Assembly: GCF_964355755.1 (NCBI RefSeq)
Contig: NC_092671.1
Location: 38,512,304-38,576,303 of the forward strand
Reading direction: 5' to 3'
Source: Antedon mediterranea
Lineage: Eukaryota; Animalia; Echinodermata
DNA: 64,000 nt
Shown here: piece after piece, positions 1 through 40,042 of the stretch
Layout of the letters: every line of letters starts with the position of its first letter
How positions within the stretch are numbered: the stretch's first letter is position 1
Program-made: the position numbers and the translations under genes
The notes under the pieces: model-generated
Database searches by the model: none
What the model saw: the letters and a program-made list of their open reading frames with translations, nothing else
What the model was told of the DNA's origin: nothing

Positions 1-134
1 AGTTCGTGCACAATAGATTTTTTTTCTTTCTTTGATTAAATTTTTCACACTTGAAAAATAATACAAGTTATGTGAAACAATGATAACAGGTATCATAGTA
101 ATAAACAATAAGGTAATCAAACTAATAAAAAAAC

Positions 135-462
135 CAACACGAATGTGCGATACTCGGGGTACAGCAAAAGAAGCTGTAATGACGTCATAAGACCGGATGT
201 AACAGCACATACACATCAATAACCTTGCTACCAAATATGGCTATACGGTACAATCTTCGAGACTCAAAATGGCTGCATCCGGTCGGTTTGAAATTTAAAA
301 ATCCGGCTCTATAGCTTTGTGGACATGTCCCTGTAGTATATTCATGCCAAATCCCACGAATAAGGGAGTAGTACTTTATAAATCACACTTTTTACTCAAT
401 AGTGTCCAGATGGAGATGGAGGAGAAAATGAGTAAGTCCTAGACTCTGGTACCCCGAGTAAA
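135..462 (-). mobile_element. HINE/DINE-1-like element copy
   Basis: Near-identical to 40043-40329 over most of its length (CACGAATGTGCGATACTCGGGGTACAGC...GGTACCCCGAGTAAAA). Confidence 0.7.
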
Positions 463-593
463 AATTTATAGATACTTGTACTTTAGAAAAAACAAAGAAG
501 TGTGAAAGGAGGTCAAATAAGTAAAAAAGATTACAAATTAGAGTTTTAATAAACAATAAATTCAATTAATCTTGTTTATTTTACTTTATGTAG

Positions 594-3500
594 TGTACTG
601 TGGAGAATTGTGCAAAACCATTTACCACTATATACAACCTCAAGATACACATGAACACGCACTTTAGGCAAAACATAGAAGTATGTGACGTGGAGGGATG
701 TGAAGAAGTATTCAGTTCTAAAGCTAAGCTTAAAATCCATCAACGAAAACACTTCTTAGATCAACAATTACAGTAAGTGGCATCAAGTTCATTTGTTTTC
801 GTTATAGTGTAATTAATGTCTATTCACTGTATTTTAATTTGATACTATAATATGTTGATAAAATACTTTATTTATTTCTTCATTTTTTCTTTTATTTAAT
901 TTGATTACAAAAATGTTAAAAACAAATGTCCCATTATGAAACAAACCTTCCCACAACTTTAAAACCCATTTATTAATGTAAAATAATGTGCTCGATGATC
1001 CGATGATCTCTTTTTCAATTCAAAGTTATCCTCAAAACTCACCTATTTCAATAGTTATTCTTTTCATATTGTGCTGTTAAATCTCTGGTAAATAGAAAAA
1101 TTATGGTCATATTATGACAGGAAAGATGATATTAATGTGTATAAAAGTTGTGTTTATGCCACAAAAGAGAGAGAAAAAAAAGAGCGCTTTATAAATGTTC
1201 GATATTAAATATTGTTTTTTTTTTAAATTTTAAGGTGCACACACCCAGGCTGTGATAAAACGTTTACAACAACCAGTGCTTTAGGCTCTCATCAACGCAT
1301 ACATGAACGAGATGATCATTCATTTCCTTGCCTTGTTGAGGGATGTGGAAAGGTGTATGAAAAGAGCTGTAGACTTAGGCTTCACATGATGTCACACACT
1401 GGTGAAAGACCCTACAAATGTACATTTGATGTAAGTTATATCACATTTTTTTTGTCACATAGTGTAGACAAAGCTAACTGGTAGTACTGGTACTGGTTCA
1501 AATAACCGTCTCACAGAGACATCTGGTAGTCATTGACTTAAAGTTGGCATTTGGATGTGTTACTTTTAAATGTACAGTATGAGAGTGACTACTACAAAAT
1601 TGCACAGTCACAAAACAACTTATAAAACAGTTCATATATACAGTTGAAACATTGCTGGGAATTATAAATTTCTGTTGAAGCAGGCTTCAATGAAGTTGCA
1701 TCTAGTAAGTTGACTTTGTTGTACTGATGGTATCTTCCGGCCTCTTTGTTTACTTTGTGTTGTGTGAAAAGTAAGAATTTTTGTAGGATCTTCATTTTCT
1801 TTTCTAATTACATGTCCGATCCAGTTGAATTGTTGCTTGTAGACATATTCTTCTAGCGGTTGAAAGCCAGTAAAGGAATACAAAATACTTGATTATCACA
1901 AACTGTCTATACTAAGGTGAAACGCAAAGTACATAATTGCTTTTATTTATATGCGTTATATTAATATTATTTTTGACAGGGTTGTCAGTGGGCATTTACA
2001 TGTATCCAGAAACTTAAGAGACATTTAGTACGGCACACAGGAGAGCGCAAGTACATGTGTAACCAAGAAGGATGTAACAAGATGTTCACTCGACTGGAAC
2101 ACCTCAAAGGTCACTTGGTGTCACATTCTGGTGAAAAGCCTTACAAATGCTCTGTTGAAGGTAAATATTCTTTTTTTTCAATGACTTCTTAATCAGTTTA
2201 TAAGAAAGACAGCGGTTAAGCAATGGAACCGTAATTACATAGCCATAACATCATCAAAGGTTCAAGGCTCACTCGCTCCATGATTCTGGTGGAAGTCTTC
2301 TCTGATAAGGACTATAAATAGTAGGTCCAATGTACACATCTAGCTCATGTTCACTTTCAAGAACCAAGTACATCTTTTGAGACTAGTAGGGGTTACCCTG
2401 GTGTACTAGTGCATCGCAGCCACTGATCATAACTAGGCCCTCTGGGAGACCAGTCTTTGACTGAAGAAGTTACCCAGTATAAATCAATAATCCAAAAAAT
2501 GAGTGATCTTAACAGGAAAACTGAGTAGTCTCTAATTAAGTTTCAACTTTTAGGCTGCAATGCAAGTTTTTCAGCGAGAAGCTCTCACTACATGCACGTG
2601 AAACGCCACAAAATGGGTAAACCAATCAAAGAGAAGTACACATTCTGTTGTTCTTGGGACAATTGCGAAAAGATGTTTTCGTCGAGGATGGGCGTTAAGA
2701 ACCATGTGATCAAAACCCATGGTGCACCAGTGGCATGTAAGTCTTTAGTTCTTTCCACACTATCAAACTAGTTTGACAAAAAATGTGTGATGTGCCCAAA
2801 TATGGTAGTGATATTCTGAAATATGGTAGTGATATTCTGAAATATGGTAGTGATATGCCATCATCATGTCCATATATGAGCACAGCACATTTTTTTGTTA
2901 CATAAAGCTTGATAGTGTAGACAGAGCTTTGTTTAATTCCTTTTTAATGTTAGCTACTTATAGGGGGAGAAATCACAGATATACAGCAGGTTGGCTTTTG
3001 TCCAAATAATGTCGTCTTGTGTATTCTTACATTTTTATATTTTCTGAATTTCTAGTTGATAATGAAATGATATTTGTCAAGTTGGATAAAGGAAGGGATC
3101 AGGGACAGATAGATTCAGGTAAATCTTATATACAAATCTGTTGGTAATAATGTTTTCAATGATAAATTTAAATATTGGGAATATTAGTTATATTCAATAA
3201 TATTGATTATTATTGATTGTACACGTATCAAATGAATACATTTTTTATTCCTTTTATATATATATATATATATATAGTTTTATAACATTTTATCGTACAA
3301 GTTGTTTCATATTTAATGTAATTTTATATTGTAATTTTTACTCGTGTTTTATCTTATTTATTTTTGAATTGTAAATTACTTTGTTGCAATAAATGGATTT
3401 GAATTGATTTGATTTAACAAATATCCCAATACTAGTATATTCAATAAATTTGACATTTAAAACTAAATACCATATACAGTATGACCGAGTATATAGTCCC

Positions 3501-5098
3501 ATGGGGTTACAATTAGGATCCTGCTCAAAATTAATTAACAATGGATCTTAATAGTCTTATGTCCGAGTTTTTCTTAAGTGGAGATTGGATTATACTCATA
3601 GTCATGTACGGTCATTATTTATTCTATAATAAATATTGTTATTAATATTTGAATTTTGTTTGATCATACAGTATTGGCAAGTCCTCGGGTACAAACAGGG
3701 CCAATAATATTGCCTCAGTCATCGGTTGATTTATCCCATGTGACATCGCTATCCCAAGGCACAGTCGATATAACAGAACTAATCAACAATGCGGGAGAAA
3801 TAGACAAACAGTTGTTATTACCAGCCTTACCTGTCAGTGTACTAACTCAGGCAACGGAGCCCTCAATGGCTACCAACTTTACATCTCATCTGGAGAGCAA
3901 CCTTGGCGTACCGGAAGTGGCTGAGCTGACGGAGGATGTTGTTGCTGGTCGACACAAGTCAAAGATCATTCAAGAGAACCAGAGTGGGTCGGCAAGGACG
4001 GATTTTATTGCATTGCCTAAAGAAATTAGAAAAGAATTTGATGGCCAAGTAGAACTTGTTACATCAGATACAGGTTAGTATTTTGTCCTGAATTTTTCAC
4101 ATTGGAAATGCATATTTGTGACAGATGCGGACCGGCAGCTGCAGGACAGCCTGTCGAGCCAGGTGAATTCAGATGCAGCGCGCTTCTCAGGCCGCTTCCC
4201 TCCTATGTTGATTACATTGATTCACCTATCTGGAATTGTTCACGTCTGTCCGAGGGTCGGCAATGTGATGCATCGTGCCTGTTTGTGATAGATGAACAGA
4301 CGCAGGACAGCCTGTCGAGTCGAGTGAATTCAGATTCAGCGCGTTTCTCGGGCCGCTTCCCTATGTTGATTACATTGATTCACCTATCCGGAATTGTTTC
4401 AAAATGTACACTAACCTGAAATCTGAACCCAATCAGCTTATTCAAATACATCTTGTGATTGTTGGCCTGTGAATTGGATTGTCACCTGTTAGGAGACAGT
4501 ATTTGTTCATTCTTGACTATGTGCCTAAATAAATGAAAGACACATGCACACACATGCTTTATCATCAAATTAAATAATAATATAATGATGTTCTATTTTC
4601 AGTAAAAGTATCATTTTCATCGTCTATGTTTCCCATGAGTTCAGTGTCAACTACAGGTTTGACCCTGCGTGACCCATCAACAGGAACGCCGTATGTGCAA
4701 ACACAGCTCTTACAGGTCAGTCATACATTTGTGTTTCCTAGTAGATAAAACTCTGAAAGAACATTCAATAGATATGTGGCATACATATTATAATATCTGT
4801 ATAACTTAACTATTTTAAACATGCCTTTCTTGCTATGTAGGATGATCCTCCAGTAGAAAGTGATGTTTCCTTCCAACTTCCAACCACTACTGTATCACCT
4901 ACAAGCCTAGCCAATCAACTTTCAGCAGTATCGCATAGCAACTCAAGTCTAGCCAATCAGCTTACAGCTATATCACCTGACCAGCTTTCTATGTCAAATC
5001 TTACTCAATCACAAGATGATCGGAAATCTTTTCTAAATGCTGGTTCGCGAGTTTCGGACTTTACTCAAAGCACTATTAATTTACAAGATTTGGAATGA
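594..5098 (+). CDS. ZXDC: ZXD-family C2H2 zinc-finger protein (ZXDC-like), 3' part; 5' exons lie upstream of the window
   Basis: Exons 594-772, 1235-1430, 1980-2160, 2554-2736, 3056-3118, 3672-4073, 4603-4715, 4841-5098, all AG/GT bounded with compatible phases. Fingers such as [27 protein letters not shown] and [10 protein letters not shown], plus the C-terminal motifs [11 protein letters not shown] and STINLQDLE*, match ZXDA/B/C as I recall them. Confidence 0.88.
1590..1885 (-). mobile_element. RTE-like LINE 3' fragment
   Basis: [19 protein letters not shown]...RGRK motif, typical of the RTE ORF C-terminus. Confidence 0.6.
2210..2490 (+). mobile_element. tRNA-derived SINE copy in ZXD intron
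   Basis: Colinear with 27253-27580. Confidence 0.75.
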
Positions 5099-7705
5099 TA
5101 GTAATAAATTATTTTAAAAAGAAATGTTATTATAAGTGTGTGTGTATTTATGTTTGTAAAATATATTGTGAACAGATAAAAGAGTCAATACTGTAAATGG
5201 TAAAAACCAGGCAAAAGAATAAAATTGATAAAGTATATTTGTGAAACAATGGTTGTAAATAGACAATCAAAAAGGCTTGGGAGTTTAAAATAAGATGGAA
5301 TGGTTCAGGATTCAGATATTAAGTGGGACCGACTTAAAAAGCTGTTATTAAGATCAAGAATATGTTATGTCATAAAGTGTGTTTTATGTTTGTAAAGTAT
5401 ATTGTGAACAGATAAACGAAAGAGTAAATAAATGGTACACGACAAACCATCGAAGTGTATTTGTTCTCTTGTGTACAGTATTATGAGATAGATCATCAAA
5501 GCTTGGGAGTTTAAAATAAGATGATAAAATGCTTCAGAAAATGCAGATATTAAGTGGAATTGACTTAAGCTCTGTCTACACTATCAAACTTTATGTGACA
5601 AAAAATGTGATGTACCCATATATGGACATGATGATATATCACTACCATATTTGGGCACATCACATTTTGTTTATCAAACTACAGTAGTTTGATAGTGTAG
5701 ACAGAGCTTTAAAGAGCTGCCAAGGAAACATTGATGAAAGTTGAAAGAGTGAGCATACAAGACATTTCCCATACACATGCTGTTGTAAAGCTCTGTCTAC
5801 ACTATCAAACTAGTTTGACAAAAAAAAGTGTGATGTGCCCAAATATGGTACTATCATGTCCATATATTTTTTTGTCGCATAATATTTGATAGTGTAGACA
5901 GAGCTTTACAAATGCTACTGACTTTGGTGTGGAAAAGTACTGATTGATGTATATAAAGTGTTACAGTAAATTACTGAAAGAAGGGAAGAATTGAAAAAGG
6001 AAGAATTCAAGAAATAGTTACAGATCTGTACATGATTTATTCACTCTCAAGGTATCAGTGATGTCTTTCTACAAATTGTAATTGTAAGAGCTAAAATCGC
6101 TTTAACAACGCTTCATTGTTTACGGCGTCAGATTAAAAAGTAAGATATTTTAAGTACTTTTGAAATAAAATAGCTAAAACAAAAATTAGCACACAAAGCA
6201 CCAATTAGCAGGTGTACTCTGTAGAAATAAAAATATAAAATTAAAAATAATAAAATTCATATAGCACAATTGATGTTCAGTCTGCATTTAACTAAAGTTA
6301 CATTCTATTAACTACTGTACTATCTAACAATATAATAATTATATAAAATACTATACGGTAAAATTTAGCAATTGAAAAAGGCTAACAAGTTTTATTTACA
6401 AATACCACACAAATGTGTGATTTACTAGCAAAAATACTGTTGGTAAAATACAATATGCATAGCTTTCTAAGAAAAGAAGTAAATTTCTGGACGGAATAAT
6501 GAAGGGCAGGCATATTCCCATATTTGGTAATATTTTTGCATAAATAATTAAATTTTATAACTATACATGAAACACATTACTTTGCCTCAGATTTTCATTT
6601 TAAAATTAAAACATCATACTTCATGATGATAAAATACTTTGAACAAAAAGTAATTAATTTTATAATAAAATACTGTACATTATCGATGAATAGATCATAG
6701 ACAAATTCTGAGTTGTTTGGCTATGTTACATAATATTTTAGCACAAGATTTTCAAGGTATTTTAATCTTAAACTAAACTCCTAACCTCCTCAGGAAAATG
6801 TATCAAGAATTAAACAAAAGAAGATCTTAACTACAACTTAGCACCGTTTTAAAATAAAGCACCATTTACAGAAATACTGTACTTTATAAAATTAAGCACC
6901 GTTACAGAAATACTTTACTTTTTAAATAAAATAAACATAATATATTATTGGAATTGAATAGCACAACAATGCAAGTATACTGACAAACACTGACCACCCT
7001 TCAATTAGAGACCACGGTTCTATTAGCAAGTTTATCGAATTCCACTATGTGGTCTGGAGTACAATATGTAAAATATATTTATTAGTTATTAATTATAATT
7101 AAAGCCCAACATAGTAAACGCGGATTTAGACGGGGAGGCTAAATAGGCTTTAGCCCCCCACTAAAATTTAACACCCATCTTTTTAAAAAATAAAAACTTA
7201 TTTTTCTGCAACCCTACAGATCATTTTTTATAATTTATGAAATATTTAGGACCCTCCCCCCCCCCCTCCTAGTCTGTAATACTGGATCAGTCCCTGGATG
7301 ACTCCTAATAATTCCTAACCTGACAAAACTTACCTCATGACAATGGCATATACATTAATATATAAAAATATTGGCAAATAGTGGACACTGGACGGAACAG
7401 ACAAAAACAAGCAAGTTTTTCAATAAACTGTACTAACACTTGAAAATATATTCATTTGGAGATTGGTGTAGTTTCAGTAGTTATCATAATATAGACTGGT
7501 CTGCAGTCATGAATATATAAAAGTATTGGAAAATTGTGTACAATGGACAAAAAAGACAAAAACAATTTATGTTCTTCAATAAACACTGTACTAACGCTTG
7601 AAAATATATTGATTAATGATTTGGAGATTGGTGTAGTTTCAGTAGCTATCACAACATTTGCAGCCATGAGTGATCAATAGATTGCATACTGGTGTACAAC
7701 ATCAA

Positions 7706-34363
<26,658 letters not shown>

Positions 34364-37300
34364 GATGAGTTAGTAAGCTAAGCCATTCTGACAATCAGGC
34401 TGCAATAAAAAAAACATGTTGTTTTCAACTATACTAAAATATAAGCAACTTGCTTCCATTTTTGAAAAGTAGAAATATTATTAGCTACATACATGTTCCA
34501 TTCAATTTATTATTACCTTCATTAAATAACTACTAATAGTAACAGTACAGTCGTGCCGCTCCTTTAGAGCGTTCAAGAGAACGAAGGCATTAGGAAACTG
34601 TATCACGCAGGAGCTTATACTTAATATGGCTGAAAAAATGGGTTTTGGAAACTCGGACTGGGCATGCACACACCCCAAAACATGTCTGGGAAAGGAGAAT
34701 CTATGAAAACAATCTATGAAAACATTTGCTGATAAATAAATATTGAGATGCATGTAGACAGTAGTTATCGCTGCGTTTTTTGTAAGAAATATTTCATGTT
34801 TATCCACACCTCAGATTTTGAATCACTACAGTAATTAGGGTTATAAAAATGTTTTATACAGTATGGAGTTTTTATTTCCTATAAATGTTGATGCTGTGTT
34901 AACAAAAAAAAGAAGAAAAGTTTGTTTCATTAAATTCATCTTCTATTGGTCTAATTCAATATTAAATCAGACAATCTTTGTTAATACAGTACACTGTAGC
35001 AGATAAAACATTAAATACACAAAAAGTATAGTACAGCAGTTTGAATTGATTATCAATTGGAAATATTAAACTGTTAAACCATTTTATTTTCTATAGAACC
35101 TGTTTTAAGTTTCTTTTAAGACTGTTTCAGATTAGAAAATCCTTGAAAATTACCTATATAAAGCAGAAGTTCTTCTGCACTATTGGAAAATATTTATTAG
35201 CCAAGTGAAAGCTATTTGCCCAATTAAAGTTAATGTAAATCAGGATAATGTTCTGGCTGCTGTGAGTAAAATAAGAACATGTGATTGGCATAATAAAACA
35301 GGCCTACACTGTTACGACTGGTGAGCATTTATATTAACAGCAAAAATCTAGTTACTTTAGTTCAGTATTTTGGGTTAAGCTCTGTCTACACTATCAAACT
35401 TTATGTAACAAAAAATGTGATGTGTCCATATATGTCATATCACTACCATATTTGGGTATATTGCTGCCATATTTGGGCACATCACACATTTTTTGTCAGT
35501 TTGATAGTGTAGACAGAGCTTTAGAGTTACCAGTTTCAGTAGCCTCAAATTGGACCTAATAAAATTGACCTAAAGTTTCTAATTTATTAAACAAAATGTT
35601 TGTTCTTATATTTATTTATTATATTTTTTGAATTTTTGTTTTGCGCCGATTTGTTTCAAGTGTTCTTACAAATTTGTGTGTAGAGAGAACGGTAATATAG
35701 GATAGGAATGTGATGAAAAAGTAAAGCATACTCTAGAGGGCCCACTTTAAAAAGTTTAAAAGGATGCTGTGTGAGTGTGACACTTTTCCAGACAAAATTA
35801 TCCCACTGGTGGAATAACATAAAAAAGACAATAAATACAGACTTGGGGCAAGTCTAGTTCAAATAAGGTAGAGTAATAAAATGTACAATAAGTGCACACA
35901 TAAATTTGTGTTATAATGCAAGTAGGTTGTTAAAAGTTGGCTGAGTTAATATCCCAGGTGTCACACAATGAATATCAAAATGTGACACTAAAGGTGAATA
36001 TTTTTAATAAAATTCAATTCACAAACCTGTTTGTGAATATGTACACAATGTAATTTGTAAGATGTGTTTGGTTGTTAAAATGCACTTTATGGCAGGAATG
36101 AGAAATGGCAAACTAGGAGAACGCAATACAGGGATTATTCTGACAATCCCATTCCTCCTCCGAATAAAACATAGCTGCCACGAGAGTGTACAAACATAGA
36201 GTTGATTTAAGAATATATTTCTCCATGGTTTTTAAGAAAAAATGTACAATTTTACAACAAAACAACATTCAACAAACAATAGTTTAAAGCTGTAAGACTA
36301 CTATTCTGAAAGTGTAATAATACGATTTTAACTTTTTAGATTTTGAAATGTAACTGTTGTCTTTTTTGACATATTTATGTATCTTTTTAATTGGATTTGC
36401 TGACAACCGACATTTCTTTGTTTTTTTTACGAAAACAAATACAGTATGTTGTACTGTATAGGCATTTTAATTACTTTTTATAACTTTCATTATTCATTTT
36501 AAAAGTATCTTAATTGTTAGAAAATATTTTAATTTGTATTTTGTCCTGCATTGCGTTCCATACAAATGCAATGTTTTATTTGTCTCCAGAGTAGCAGCAG
36601 TCAAGAGTGGTCATCAATCATACCAAAACAGGTTGGTGGGAGCAGATTCATAGCATGGGGCAATGACACACTCTTGTTAGTATTCAATATTTATATTCAC
36701 TTCCGCTTTTTACACTCCTGAGAAAAATTGTTGGGTTTGTTGATGGTGGTTGTATGTGAATTTATGGACAATCATCAACAATCACCAATAACATTGGAAA
36801 TAAATGCTTCATCCATTCATAATTTGTTTACTACTACTCTACTCAATATTTATATTCACTTCCGCTTTTGACACTCCTGAGGAAAAATTGGGTTTGTTGA
36901 TGGTTGTTGTATGTGAATTACTATCCATTATCCATTCCATTCTATCCATTCATAATACAATTCATAAGACGATAACTGATATATTATAATATAACCAGAC
37001 ATACTGTACAAATTTATTTTCTAGTGATTTAAAAAAAAGTACAAAAACCTACATTTTTATTTTTTAGTTTTCAGTTTTAAAAAAATAGTTAAGTTTATTT
37101 TTTTTATAAAATCCTACGTGAACTGTAATAACGCTTGAACTAATATTATTATTAAAATATCATGTCAGTTTAGTGCAGAACCCCTATTCAGGGGACATTT
37201 TATTATGGGGATACAGTGAAATGATAGCCAGGATAGTGTTCTGCGCTTTTTCTCTGCTTGTTGTTGTTCTATGTAATTTATGCTTTTTGTATTATTTTTG

Positions 37301-38388
37301 TTTTATTTTTTCTGGATAATAAATGAATATGAATATGAATATGAAATGAACAAGTGAAAATATATATATATACCATACTGCCAACTCATATTCATGGGGG
37401 TCCCGAAGGTGTCCCTAAATAGGGGTTCTTTCTAATAAATCAAATACATCTATTGTATTTAAACTTTAACCTGTATTATTAATTCAATCCACTATAAATC
37501 TGCCAACAGCAGTGTATGAACAAAACATGTTCAAAATAAGTTTCAGACAAACCACAACTTTTTACTTGTAATACCTGTACCAGTATGTAGCAGACAAAAT
37601 GTCTAACTTATTCAATTATAACGAAAAACGATCTACATTGCGCTGCTGTCGAGGTCGAAGGTCAGTAATAAAATGTCAAAGTGATACCGGAGTGTAATTA
37701 TCTGTGTAGGTGCGCCATGTCGGCATCCTTATTAAACTCTGTGATGTTGTATTTAGAAACAAAGTTAAGGAGTGTTCGGTTACATTTCAATCATGACATC
37801 ATCAGCTCCCCTCTGGAGAAAAGCACAATGCACAGATATAATTTGCTTCTTGACAATATCAGGTGATTCCATTATATTCACAAAAATATATTTATAGAAA
37901 TATGAAAAAAATATTTGAGCACATAATGTATTCATTTTATTTTCTTAGTTTGGTACTTCTCAGAAAAAATGTTGTTCTGTTTCTATGGATATTTATCAGA
38001 AAGAATGAATGAATGAATTATCTTTGTATATACAGTAATATATTAATAATAAATCAAATATTTAATAATTATGTCATGGTATTCAATATGAACTACAATG
38101 ATAAAAACATGATATCCTATAAATGGTAGTACTGTATGTCTTTAATTATTAAAGCATAGACTTACAAGATGGCAATTGTGCAAATATTTTGATTTATGTA
38201 GTAAAGTTTACAAGAACAATTTTCATTAAGTTTGAAGGCACAGCCACAGCTGTTTAACAAAAGTCCATATGGTTTGGCTATTAAGGCATGACTGATGGAG
38301 TTACAATGTAAAATACACATTTTGGAATAACTGGAAGACTGGAATCACTTTTGTACACATTTTAAGAAAAACAAATTAACCTGTATAT

Positions 38389-39242
38389 CAGTGGCTGCTG
38401 CCAAAAATATACCGTATATATACGGTATATTTTATATACGGTATATTTTTTGGCAGCAGAAATGGGTCTCATAAAAAATATACCGTATATATATATGGGG
38501 TATATATACCGCATAAATATCCCCATCGTTTGTGGATATTATACGGTATATTCCAAAATATACCGTATATTTCGTACCCCGTTTCTGCTGCACTCAAAAT
38601 ATACCGTATATGTGACCCGGCCCATGACACGAGGTCAAAAACTAACAGAGCGTAACGCGTTTGTTTGGTTTTCTGCTGCATTGACACACACGTGTATAAG
38701 CAAGCAACAGATCAAAATATCACTGTGGACTGAAGAAATAACTATTTTTGAAATTCAATTGTGGGGAGAAGCGAAGGTTGGGGGGAGACTGCATGGTAAC
38801 AGAAAAGATACCGAGATTTACAAAAGTATCTCAAACAAAATAAAAGCAGAATTTGTGGTAGACTTAATAACGCCAAAGTTATCGGCAAACGCCGTCGTCT
38901 TCTTTGCATAAATCTAGTCAATGCCCATTCTACATTTCTAGATTGTTTGTGCGGTGTAAATTCGTTGCCACTTCTGCTCATTAGATTTAAAATAGACAGC
39001 AATGCTACGACGTTTTGAGAAACCATCATTGTTTTGTTTTTGTCATGTAACCTCACTACACGAGACTCTAGGTCAATCCATACTTCCGTCTCACGAAATG
39101 CATTTTGGGTAATGAAAGCCAACTTTTTTACAGCCTAACCACGAAGTATGTGCAGCGGAAACGGTGCACAAATTTCATATACGGTATATTTAATATACGG
39201 TATATTTATACGGTATATTTGGGATTGGCAGCAGAAACAGTG
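38389..39242. mobile_element. Non-autonomous DNA transposon with ATATACCGTAT arrays and a Myb/SANT-like coding remnant
   Basis: Terminal inverted repeats CTGCTGCCAA...AATATACCGTA, internal TTTCTGCTGC motifs, and the ORF segment WTEEITIFEIQLWGEAKVGGRLHGNRKDTEIYKSIS. Confidence 0.75.
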
Positions 39243-40042
39243 TGTAATTTACAGTAGCTGGAATACTCACAGTACTAACTACTAGATTATATAACCCATC
39301 CTTATGCACACTATATCAATTTTATTTTAATTAAATTATCAAAACTGTATGATCTAATTACAGAACTGGAGAATGATAAAAAAATAATCGAGTAATTAAT
39401 TCAACAATGTAGGACAAAGTTCAACTTTGAATTATAATACTTTACTTAACAATTCATTTGTGTAAAGCTCTCTCTACATTATCAAACTTTATGTGACAAA
39501 AAATGTGATATATGTCATATCACTACCATATTTGGGCATATCACACTTTTTTTGTTAAACTAGTTTGATAGTGTAGACAGAGCTTAAGAGATTGCAAAAT
39601 CTGTTTTGGGATTTGCCTATTCCCACGTCAGGTTAATAATATAATATAATTAATTGCTGTCAATACATATTTTTAATTTTATCACAACTAAGAATTATAT
39701 AATATAATTACTACTAAAATATATCAATGATTATATCATTACAGTTCACACATTAAATAAATAAATAATAATACAGCAGGGGAAAATTTCACTTTAAAAT
39801 TTTGTTTAGCAATATTGCAAATCAAACTTATTTTTTAGTCGAGAAACATAGTTTTTTATTGTATTTTTTGCTACACAAATTTAGAAATTTGTAGCAAAAA
39901 GGTTGTTTTGTATAGCTTTTTGCAATGCTACACTGACGAAATTATTCCCTGTACAGTGCTGAAAAAATGTAGTAAACAAATTTCTCATACACTATAAATA
40001 TTTGTAAACATATCAATTTGAATTGTAGATACACAGTAACAA

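Noticed and set aside
2437-2485. CTGAAGA as a third hammerhead core
   Set aside because: No stem II or GAAA box; it is a SINE tail shared with 20255-20305.
34502-34807. 101-aa minus-strand ORF upstream of the Gli ATG exon as an N-terminal extension
   Set aside because: An in-frame TAA precedes the Gli ATG and the ORF has no Gli-like sequence; the region might be regulatory but I have no evidence for that.
36682-36920. Direct repeat of about 80 bp (similar cases at 16550/16725, 30774-30830, 59945-60460)
   Set aside because: Ordinary local duplications with no coding or structural signal.
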